39,924 nucleotides of DNA from a virus (Duplodnaviria; Caudoviricetes), in the IMG/VR virus record IMGVR_UViG_3300030451_001250, positions 1 to 39,924 of that record. The stretch is one strand, 5' to 3'. Of the stretch, positions 19,441 to 25,893 are shown piece by piece. The stretch's first letter is position 1, and the number at the start of each line of letters is the position of its first letter. The translations under genes were made by a program, and so were the position numbers. Below the pieces are notes generated by a model, which ran no database searches, was not told the DNA's origin, and was given only the letters and a program-made list of their open reading frames with translations.

Positions 19441-19561
19441 CAGTTATTTGTCTCGTCACATAGCTTGAAATCAAATATAAAGGTGCAATGGTGGGTAAAA
19501 TTAAAAGCATTGATATAATTAGCGTGTGGCTTATAGCCTTTATTATTGCCTCTTTAATCAT
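19430..19561 (-). CDS. Small membrane peptide (43 aa, MIKEAIIKAISHTLIISMLLILPTIAPLYLISSYVTRQITVKN)
   Basis: Translated by hand. One hydrophobic helix; TATACT -10 at 19592-19587; shares CATG with the divergent gene. Confidence 0.55.
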   Translation of the reverse strand: MIKEAIIKAISHTLIISMLLILPTIAPLYLISSYVTRQITVKN

Positions 19562-19781
19562 GTTTCAAAAAATCGCTAACATTTTAAGTATAGCTTCATT
19601 TGTTCTTATTACTAGCACTTTAGGTGGTTCTTATTTTGGTTATAAATATGTAACATCTGAACAGTTTAAAGCTAAAATTATGAACCAGGTACTTGGCGAA
19701 GTGAAAGGGTTGTTACCTAATATTATGGATAATACATTACCAAAAACAACAGGCCCATCACTGCCGATTCCTAAACGTTAA
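19560..19781 (+). CDS. Membrane-anchored protein (73 aa; start likely 19560 rather than 19488)
   Basis: MFQKIANILSIASFVLITSTLGGSYFGY: TM helix, amphipathic helix and Pro-rich tail. Extended -10 TGaTATAAT at 19511-19519 lies inside the longer ORF call. Confidence 0.7.
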   Translation: MFQKIANILSIASFVLITSTLGGSYFGYKYVTSEQFKAKIMNQVLGEVKGLLPNIMDNTLPKTTGPSLPIPKR

Positions 19782-19783
19782 AT

Positions 19784-19933
19784 ATGAATTGTTGGCATTG
19801 TAATACTGAGTTGATCTGGGGTGGAGATCACGATATGGAAGAAGATTCTAGGTATTCAACGATGACTAACTTATCTTGCCCGAAATGTTTTTGTGAAGTA
19901 GAGGTATATTTGCCGAAAGATGCCTATGACTGA
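19784..19933 (+). CDS. Small zinc-ribbon protein (49 aa, MNCWHCNTELIWGGDHD...NLSCPKCFCEVEVYLP)
   Basis: Translated by hand. CxxC...CxxC; fills the gap between coupled genes. Confidence 0.75.
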   Translation: MNCWHCNTELIWGGDHDMEEDSRYSTMTNLSCPKCFCEVEVYLPKDAYD

Positions 19934-20546
19934 AATACCAGATATTCATATTCCTGAGATACATATACCATATACCCACTTGCCTAATTATGACCATTCA
20001 AATGTGCAAGTTATAGGTTGTACTTACTATCACAGAGACACAAAGAATACAGGCAATAGGAATTTAATAATAGATGATCCAAGAGGAGTAGTAAGCAATT
20101 GTCCGTACCCTAGTTTCTACCCATTAAATTTTGTACCAGATCAATTAACTATTGTCGAACAAGCTGCACCAATACAACAAGAATCAAAACCTTTACCAGA
20201 AGGTAAACCTCCTAAAGCTGAAATCCCCAAAAATAAAAAGAATGAAGAAGATGAATATAAACCATGCCCACCTAAGAACGCACCATATAGAGAAGGAGAT
20301 TTCAAAAATGAACTACGGATTGAAAGGTTGGTAAAATATGAACGAGATATATCAGATGGTTCTTGTAATGCGGTCTGGGAAAAAGTACCTTTCATCGACC
20401 AATACGTCCCAACACCTAGCGTGGTTGTTAGTACTGCTGTTATCGCTACTGTGGCTGCGACTACTCCTATTATTTTGAATTTAGTGAAGCCTATTGTTAA
20501 GCAGATAATTAAAAAACTGACAAAGAAGAAAGATAAGGTAGAATAA
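19920..20546 (+). CDS. Pro-rich protein with a C-terminal membrane anchor (start possibly 19926)
   Basis: IP(D/E)IH repeats, 4 Cys and a C-terminal hydrophobic stretch followed by a Lys-rich tail. Confidence 0.75.
   Translation: MPMTEIPDIHIPEIHIPYTHLPNYDHSNVQVIGCTYYHRDTKNTGNRNLIIDDPRGVVSNCPYPSFYPLNFVPDQLTIVEQAAPIQQESKPLPEGKPPKAEIPKNKKNEEDEYKPCPPKNAPYREGDFKNELRIERLVKYERDISDGSCNAVWEKVPFIDQYVPTPSVVVSTAVIATVAATTPIILNLVKPIVKQIIKKLTKKKDKVE
20517..20544 (+). promoter_or_regulatory. Promoter for candidate sRNA-1
   Basis: CTGACA(20517-22)-N16-TAGAAT(20539-44), with no convincing ORF downstream. Confidence 0.45.
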
Positions 20547-20550
20547 CTAA

Positions 20551-20690
20551 TACGAGGTACTCCCCGAAATCCTAACGGACTAGGCCGACAATGCTTCTAT
20601 CAGGCAAACGAGGTAAGAGGCGTTTGTTTCTCATGAACAAGAAAATCCTTCTAAGCCTTTTTTCATTTGAGCTTGGGAGGGTTTTTAAAT
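20551..20690 (+). ncRNA. Candidate structured small RNA 1
   Basis: GC-richer intergenic segment after a promoter, with hairpins TCC-taac-GGA and AGGCAAACG/CGTTTGTTT, ending in a G-U-containing terminator. Confidence 0.4.
20642..20688 (+). terminator. Rho-independent terminator
   Basis: AAAATCCTTCTAAGC...GCTTGGGAGGGTTTT; the mismatches pair as G-U only on the + strand; followed by T-rich sequence. Confidence 0.6.
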
Positions 20691-20711
20691 TATTTTGTGT
20701 ATAATAAATAT

Positions 20712-20808
20712 TAAGCAAAGGAAGTTCTAACCAAAGCTAACACTCCCTAGTTAGAAAGAGCTTTTGCTTATTTAGACAAGCTAGCCCGTGGCTTGTCTTA
20801 AGTTTTTA
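20712..20808 (+). ncRNA. Candidate small RNA 2 with a C-rich loop
   Basis: TATAAT at 20700-05. Long hairpin 20712-20770 (TAAGCAAAG/CTTTTGCTTA; TTCTAAC/GTTAGAA) with a loop containing AACACTCCC, then a terminator hairpin. Confidence 0.5.
20774..20808. terminator. Terminator hairpin at the convergence of + and - transcription
   Basis: AGACAAGCTA-gcccg-TGGCTTGTCT followed by taagttttt. Confidence 0.65.
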
Positions 20809-20817
20809 CGGTTGTTA

Positions 20818-21126
20818 TTATAAAAACGGTGGTCTAAGTAGGTAGGTTTTTGATTGTTTCCTATCTACTTTTTTTATTTTGTTTGGGATAACTTTTTTGT
20901 ATGGCATCTCTTCCCATATAAGCCAATCCTTTGGTTTCGGTGCTAATAAATAACACTCCTTTTCACCATGAATGTATGCTTCGACAAGTAATTGTATATC
21001 TGTTGATAGTGCTTCATTAGTATCAGCTAATCTGCGATAACTATTGCCTAGAAATATCATTCCCACTGTCAAAAATGCTGCACCAAAGTAACCTATCGTT
21101 GCAATTCCAAAATGTAATTTAGTCAT
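20818..21126 (-). CDS. Bitopic membrane protein with a coiled coil
   Basis: N-terminal TM (FGIATIGYFGAAFLTVGMIFLG) then a helix; overlaps the upstream stop. Confidence 0.65.
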   Translation of the reverse strand: MTKLHFGIATIGYFGAAFLTVGMIFLGNSYRRLADTNEALSTDIQLLVEAYIHGEKECYLLAPKPKDWLIWEEMPYKKVIPNKIKKVDRKQSKTYLLRPPFL

Positions 21127-21838
21127 CTGATTTTATTTCGTGCGTATGTGGGACAACTTGACCTGGTGGGACTGTAACGGAAATCCCCTCGCATATTGAA
21201 GCATACTTGCCTGTAAAGGTTACGCCAAGTTTCGCTTGCTCACCACAGACCTTAAGTCTAAAAAGTGCAACCTCTAATTCAGTCTTCTTGTATAGTATCT
21301 GTTGATTTTTTATATTTATCTCTGTTGCCTTATGACATAGTGCAGGTGCTTTGCCTAGAGGAATACTGAACTGTGCTGAGATACCGTAGTTTAAATTATA
21401 ATTATCTTTTTCAAATCTTGGTGTTCGTTGATAATATTTGATGGCCCCAGTATCTTCGTTGTAAATTGGTTGAACAGTTTCTGTTTCTATAGGTCGGTTA
21501 AATGACCATGAGTCTGTAAGGAAAGGTGTAATGGTAAGACTGGGAGAACTACAGACAATCCCTTGCGACATCCTAAATTGTGGAGTGCTTTGCGGTGCAA
21601 TCATTGTCGCATTATTATTTACCGTTCCTTGGGCAGTCGAGTTCGGACTACTGACCGTTGTCGAAGCCATGACTGGCTTTACAGGTATTAGAAATAAAAC
21701 TATTGCCCAAAGGTAGTTTCTACGGTGGTGGTTGTGGTGGTGTTTATGGTGCGGTTTATTGTGGTTATTGTGTCCAAACCTGGCGAAATTACTGACTCCA
21801 CAAGTGAGAACGGCTGTCCAGAATTTACTATTTTCCAT
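21119..21838 (-). CDS. Secreted protein with a beta-hairpin and coiled coil (outer-membrane pore candidate); start uncertain
   Basis: Signal-like RRNYLWAIVLFLIPVKPVMA|STT; amphipathic strands SPSLTITPFL and YNLNYGISAQFSIPL; 4 Cys in the mature part. Confidence 0.7.
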   Translation of the reverse strand: MENSKFWTAVLTCGVSNFARFGHNNHNKPHHKHHHNHHRRNYLWAIVLFLIPVKPVMASTTVSSPNSTAQGTVNNNATMIAPQSTPQFRMSQGIVCSSPSLTITPFLTDSWSFNRPIETETVQPIYNEDTGAIKYYQRTPRFEKDNYNLNYGISAQFSIPLGKAPALCHKATEINIKNQQILYKKTELEVALFRLKVCGEQAKLGVTFTGKYASICEGISVTVPPGQVVPHTHEIKSDD

Positions 21839-22137
21839 CTAGGCACTCCTTCCAACGTAGGACTTGTATATGAAAAGTTAACCCCATTAACTGTTTGCGT
21901 AGCTTCTGCGGTAGGAATTGCATTGATATAACCATTAACATCCGCACTCTCTATATTCGTGCCTGAAACGCTCAGAGTGTAGCCTGTCCGAAACTGATGG
22001 CTTACGATATTTTCTGTCACTACACTTTGGCTTTGGGAATTTGTACTCGAAGATCCTGTGCGGAACGTTGGTACAACTGGATTTGCGAGGATTCTGACAG
22101 GGAATAATATTATTAATAGCAGCCAAAGTTTAGTCAA
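21700..22137 (-). CDS. Secreted beta-rich protein, subunit B (TTG start at 22137, 145 aa)
   Basis: TTGACTAA overlap with the upstream stop; signal peptide MTKLWLLLIILFPVRILA|NPVVP; Thr/Ser-rich. Confidence 0.75.
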   Translation of the reverse strand: MTKLWLLLIILFPVRILANPVVPTFRTGSSSTNSQSQSVVTENIVSHQFRTGYTLSVSGTNIESADVNGYINAIPTAEATQTVNGVNFSYTSPTLEGVPRWKIVNSGQPFSLVESVISPGLDTITTINRTINTTTTTTVETTFGQ

Positions 22138-22651
22138 TTGTAATTTGGACTGAAGTTGAACCAACACAGCTAGAACCAGATCCAAATGCGCCTGAACAGG
22201 TATGAACCCCACTACTCAAACTCGTCATCGCCCCACTTCCCAAAGTACCACCAGATCCTATAGTTGTTTGCCCTCCAAGGTGTGGTAGTGCTGCTATGCC
22301 TGATGATGGAGTAACTGCTGATGGTGTCGCATCTCCCATAGTCACCGACTCCGTTAGAGCAAAACTAGACCCTGCTGTTGTTACCGCTTTATCAGTTTGG
22401 ATCATGGCAGGGACACCTGCTGTCAAGCTGCCTACATTTAAGCCACCTATAGCATTAGAGGTGGTTGATCCTCCAGAAGTAACAGATGGGGTTATGTTTG
22501 TTCCTGTTATTGAATAAGTCGTGCCAAGTTTATTAGTAACAGAATACGGCATATCTACAGTAATCTGTGCAGATGTCGTAAACTTTTGAGTTATGTCTGC
22601 TAGTGCTACAGAAGGACTAAACAGAAATAAAAGTGCAATTAGTTTCTTCAT
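22130..22651 (-). CDS. Secreted beta-rich protein, subunit A
   Basis: Classic Sec signal MKKLIALLFLFSPSVALA|D; Ser/Thr/Gly-rich; C-terminal Cys pair. Confidence 0.8.
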   Translation of the reverse strand: MKKLIALLFLFSPSVALADITQKFTTSAQITVDMPYSVTNKLGTTYSITGTNITPSVTSGGSTTSNAIGGLNVGSLTAGVPAMIQTDKAVTTAGSSFALTESVTMGDATPSAVTPSSGIAALPHLGGQTTIGSGGTLGSGAMTSLSSGVHTCSGAFGSGSSCVGSTSVQITID

Positions 22652-23052
22652 TTTTTGTTATCCTTTTTGTCTACAACTTCCGCACCAAGAATCTTGATGG
22701 GTGTTTCTATTCTAATTGTTTGATAACCTCCTGACTGTGTAGCTAATAACGCTTCCACTTCTTTTTTATTTAGTGGTTTTTCATCAGGCTTATATGTTCC
22801 ATCACCTCTTTTCTTGGCACCTTCAAGGCCGAAACTGGCTAACGCACCAGTTAGAAGAGAAGCAGGGAACGTAATATCTTTAGGTTCGTTGCTATAACCT
22901 GGTATGGAAACGTAGTTCAAGCTAACGATGAAACCACTCCACCCGACTACGACAAGCCTCACCACGACTGAGATAAAGGCTAATTGCTCTTCTTTGTCGT
23001 TAATACTCTCTTTAATTTTTTGGAGAGGGCCTTTTTTGACTTCTTCTGTCAT
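22648..23052 (-). CDS. Inner-membrane protein (two hydrophobic segments)
   Basis: LAFISVVVRLVVVGWSGFIVSLNYV and ITFPASLLTGALASFGL; ATGA-coupled to the next gene. Confidence 0.78.
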   Translation of the reverse strand: MTEEVKKGPLQKIKESINDKEEQLAFISVVVRLVVVGWSGFIVSLNYVSIPGYSNEPKDITFPASLLTGALASFGLEGAKKRGDGTYKPDEKPLNKKEVEALLATQSGGYQTIRIETPIKILGAEVVDKKDNKK

Positions 23053-23096
23053 AACTGGGGTTTATTAGTCATACTAACTATAAGTATAGCTAAATT

Positions 23097-23258
23097 ATGC
23101 CAGAGGTACACGCAGCACTGATTGGAGCGGCAGCAACCGCTTTTCTTATGGTTTTATCTAATATAAGTAATAGACGAGAAAGAGATATAAGAGAAATTTT
23201 TAACCGAATCAATCAGCTAGAGAAAGCCGTAAGTCGCATTGAAGGGCAGAATCGTTAA
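23097..23258 (+). CDS. Small TM + coiled-coil protein, holin-like candidate (53 aa)
   Basis: Translated by hand: MPEVHAALIGAAATAFLMVLSNISNRRERDIREIFNRINQLEKAVSRIEGQNR. Confidence 0.65.
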   Translation: MPEVHAALIGAAATAFLMVLSNISNRRERDIREIFNRINQLEKAVSRIEGQNR

Positions 23259-23292
23259 TCTTTGGTATGTTTGGAAAAGAACATACAAACTT

Positions 23293-23454
23293 ATGTCTAA
23301 ATTTTTAATCAACCTATTCATTAAGTTCGGTAAAAGTGAAAGTCTACGCAAAGCGTGTTTGTCGCTTTTGAAAGACTTGGCAGCTAAATCAGACAATGAT
23401 GTAGACGATGCAATCGTCAAAATGATTGAAGAAAAACTCTTCCCAGTAAAATGA
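23293..23454 (+). CDS. Small amphipathic protein (53 aa, likely start MSKFLINLF), possible holin-type
   Basis: ATG at 23293; 'LLKDLAAKSDNDVDDAIV' motif; ATGA-like coupling to the next gene. Confidence 0.65.
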   Translation: MSKFLINLFIKFGKSESLRKACLSLLKDLAAKSDNDVDDAIVKMIEEKLFPVK

Positions 23455-23729
23455 AAAGAAAATTTCTTAATATTGATATAGAAGAAGCTCCATTGGAGCT
23501 TGAACTGTCAGTAGAACAAAGATGCCGTGATATTTTAGCTTGTAATGATACCTACAGTATCAAGCGTTATTGTGTCCACTTGGTAAGACATCAAATGAGG
23601 CAGGATGTATTTCTTTCCTCCTTATTAGGCCGTTTGGTGGAACTACAGGCTCAAGTTACACGGAATGAACTGAAAAAAGAACGTAAAAGTTTTTTTAAGA
23701 GTCTAAAAGACTTTCTTCGTATTCCTTGA
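23451..23729 (+). CDS. Hypothetical helical protein
   Basis: 92 aa ORF overlapping the upstream stop. Confidence 0.65.
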   Translation: MKRKFLNIDIEEAPLELELSVEQRCRDILACNDTYSIKRYCVHLVRHQMRQDVFLSSLLGRLVELQAQVTRNELKKERKSFFKSLKDFLRIP

Positions 23730-23976
23730 TTTCTTCTGGTCTAAAGTCTTTTACTAATAGCCTTGGTAATTTATCAATTTCATAATTATATTTAAGGATT
23801 GCAGTTCTTATATGCTCTGTAACCCACGTTCCTTCATTAGTAACCACTTCAGCTTTATTCCTTGAGTTGATATTGATCCTATGTTCCATTCCTCTAAGCT
23901 GAATATCAAGAAGGTTCTTTTGTAGATTTTTTATTCTAAGCTCTTTCAACCTCGTAAGTTTTGGCGATTCACTCAT
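23695..23976 (-). CDS. Hypothetical protein
   Basis: 93 aa ORF, last gene of the minus-strand early arm. Confidence 0.65.
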   Translation of the reverse strand: MSESPKLTRLKELRIKNLQKNLLDIQLRGMEHRININSRNKAEVVTNEGTWVTEHIRTAILKYNYEIDKLPRLLVKDFRPEEIKEYEESLLDS

Positions 23977-24115
23977 TTTCCAGTTCCGCTATCCTTTTAT
24001 TTATAGCATCATATCTAATACAATATTCTTTCTTATCTAGCTGTCCAAACCAAAATCTTTCTTGTAATGTTGCAAGCTGCTGATAATAATTTTTGATCAA
24101 ATCTTCATTTCCCAT
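23969..24115 (-). CDS. Small helical protein (48 aa, SHOCT-like)
   Basis: Translated by hand: MGNEDLIKNYYQQLATLQERFWFGQLDKKEYCIRYDAINKRIAELENE. Confidence 0.6.
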   Translation of the reverse strand: MGNEDLIKNYYQQLATLQERFWFGQLDKKEYCIRYDAINKRIAELENE

Positions 24116-24118
24116 TTA

Positions 24119-24454
24119 TTAAAAATCTAATGGTTTTTTCATTACGATTGCTGATAAAACAAGTAAGGCAATTTTTGTGGGAGGTTGTTTATTATTAAAA
24201 GGCATGAAATTTTGTCCCTCTTGCCGTGGAGCATGAAGACCTGTATCGGAAACAACTAAAGCAAATTCCGCAGCAAAAGCTTCAGAAACACCTTTAAATT
24301 GACTAAATAAAACACCCTTACCATAATCATTATGATTGCAAATAATTGGTCTAAAATCAGATAAATCAAGTTCAAAGCACTTTAAACCATATTCTAAATG
24401 GTCTTTAAATACTGCAACATTATGAGGTAGATTTGTCAGGTCTTTTTTGTCCAT
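24119..24454 (-). CDS. Hypothetical protein
   Basis: 111 aa ORF in a tightly packed operon. Confidence 0.65.
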   Translation of the reverse strand: MDKKDLTNLPHNVAVFKDHLEYGLKCFELDLSDFRPIICNHNDYGKGVLFSQFKGVSEAFAAEFALVVSDTGLHAPRQEGQNFMPFNNKQPPTKIALLVLSAIVMKKPLDF

Positions 24455-24522
24455 AATTTTATAAGAAGTTCAAGTTCAGCAATTCTTTTTTTTGCTGCTG
24501 CGATTTTTTCTTGTTTTGTCAT
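24436..24522 (-). CDS. Micro-ORF (28 aa, MTKQEKIAAAKKRIAELELLIKLWTKKT)
   Basis: Translated by hand; ATGA-coupled to the upstream ORF. Confidence 0.55.
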   Translation of the reverse strand: MTKQEKIAAAKKRIAELELLIKLWTKKT

Positions 24523-24677
24523 GGCAATCTTTTATGATTCCAGTCTATTTCCATCCATACTCCATCATTAGGGGTCTTGGAATAAGGAAACCATTCATAA
24601 GAGATATCATCCTCTTCATTAAAATAGACCTGACCATTATAGGGATTAATAGGAAAGTTAAATTTTTGTTTTTTCAT
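24519..24677 (-). CDS. Small protein (52 aa, MKKQKFNFPINPYNGQVYF...)
   Basis: Translated by hand; fills the gap downstream of ssb. Confidence 0.6.
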   Translation of the reverse strand: MKKQKFNFPINPYNGQVYFNEEDDISYEWFPYSKTPNDGVWMEIDWNHKRLP

Positions 24678-24739
24678 TTTGTATGAAAAGGGGTCTTACA
24701 TGACTAAGGAGAATGTTGGACTATCAATGCCCCTATAAA

Positions 24740-25060
24740 TCAAGCTGGGATCGACTCGAAGTCTCTGCTTCTTACTGGTAATGTGAAATTATCTACATTA
24801 ATTTCAATAGCTGCTCCAGTACTGCCATCTCTTCTTTCAAAGGTTTTTAGCTTGCCACGGCCAACAACAGTAATTTGATTGCCTTTTTTTACATAATTTG
24901 CAATTACATCACCACGGTTTCCCCATACAGCACAATCAAATTGTGTCGTAGTATCTTGATCATTTGTAAGCAAAGTAAAACTGGTTACTTTTGTTCCTTT
25001 TGAAGTTTCTTTCTGTTCAGGGTCTTTAGCTAAATTACCAACGGCTGTTACGTTAAACAT
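24740..25060 (-). CDS. ssb: Single-stranded DNA-binding protein
   Basis: OB-fold SSB motifs 'VGNLAKDPE', 'FDCAVWG..G..IANYVKKGNQITVVG'. Confidence 0.92.
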   Translation of the reverse strand: MFNVTAVGNLAKDPEQKETSKGTKVTSFTLLTNDQDTTTQFDCAVWGNRGDVIANYVKKGNQITVVGRGKLKTFERRDGSTGAAIEINVDNFTLPVRSRDFESIPA

Positions 25061-25069
25061 AATAAAAAT

Positions 25070-25264
25070 TTAATTAGGGTTGTTAGTTTTGTTCTGCCAA
25101 TCCTCAATGTCAAATCGGTGATACCGAATAGTGTTATTAAGAATGACAGTCCATTTCGGGCCACTAGGATGACCCTTGCGAGTTTTGGTTCTCCAAAGTC
25201 GCACAGTTTGAGGTTTTACACCAAGCTCTTCAGCTAATTGATCTGAGGTTATAAGTTCATTCAT
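25070..25264 (-). CDS. Excisionase/AlpA-like helix-turn-helix DNA-binding protein
   Basis: 'ITSDQLAEELGVKPQTVRLWR...GPKW....IRY...DIEDW'. Confidence 0.85.
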   Translation of the reverse strand: MNELITSDQLAEELGVKPQTVRLWRTKTRKGHPSGPKWTVILNNTIRYHRFDIEDWQNKTNNPN

Positions 25265-25893
25265 GAATCCTCCTTCTCTAGAATAAGTGTCAGCAATCCA
25301 TCTCTTTGATTTTCACTAATAGCATTAGTTTCATATCGTTTTGAAATGTTTTTCTTTAATAATCCGAGCTTGTCTTTATTGCCTGGTTTATTGATAAAGG
25401 CTTCACATTCTTTGATGAACTTATCACTTTCGGATCTATCAATCGGTTTATTACTTGAGACAGTTGGTTTACTATCATCAGGTTTTAACCATGCCTTGTC
25501 CTTATCGTATAAAGACAAGCCAAAGGAATCTCCAAACTGCATAAGACAGCGTTTTCTTGCATCACTTTCCGCCTCTTTGATTGCTGATTCATGCTTATCG
25601 CCAACGCCACCCATGCGGCCATGACCAGCACCTGTTCCCTCTCTAATAACATTTCCCACGGTAATTCTTACCTTTGCAATGTAAGAAACACACTTGGAAT
25701 CTTCAGCAACTAAAGATGTTTCTAATGTTTCAGAACTCCAGCCATCAAAACCAAAAATGCGGTTGGCTTCTTTTATGACATGCCAGCTTTCAACATAAGC
25801 TAGCTTTTGACCACCACCACCACTTCTAAAGGATACATTGTCTTTGTTGATTTTTTGATTTAGCAGTTTTTTCTGCTCTTCATTAAAGCTCAT
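25261..25893 (-). CDS. Rad52/Rad22-family (Sak-like) single-strand annealing protein; start MSFNEEQ at 25893
   Basis: 'LAYVESWHVIKEANRIFGFDGWS', 'REGTGAG' and 'AIKEAESDARKRCL..FG..FGLSLYDK'. Confidence 0.9.
   Translation of the reverse strand: MSFNEEQKKLLNQKINKDNVSFRSGGGGQKLAYVESWHVIKEANRIFGFDGWSSETLETSLVAEDSKCVSYIAKVRITVGNVIREGTGAGHGRMGGVGDKHESAIKEAESDARKRCLMQFGDSFGLSLYDKDKAWLKPDDSKPTVSSNKPIDRSESDKFIKECEAFINKPGNKDKLGLLKKNISKRYETNAISENQRDGLLTLILEKEDS

Noticed and set aside
20591-20704. 37-codon ORF MLLSGKRGKRRLFLMNKK...
   Set aside because: It has no RBS and runs through a terminator hairpin and into the next -10 box. An RNA-level explanation fits better, though translation is not excluded.
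21725-21790. His-rich metal-binding leader (HNNHNKPHHKHHHNHH)
   Set aside because: It is the alternative-frame reading of the ACC/ACA Thr run of the overlapping gene, so it is most likely a by-product.
21119-22651. Curli (csgA/B/G) operon
   Set aside because: There are no curlin N-x-A-x-x-x-Q-x-G repeats and no lipobox or CsgG motifs. The resemblance is only architectural, so no csg names were assigned.
24686-24735. GGGG...CCCC hairpin with a UCUCCU loop downstream of ssb (- strand)
   Set aside because: The inner pairing is weak and irregular by eye. It may be a weak terminator or attenuator, but is not supportable without folding and conservation data.
25070-25264. Excisionase implying an integration module
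   Set aside because: No tyrosine or serine integrase is present anywhere in the closed genome. The protein is more safely called an HTH DNA-binding protein.
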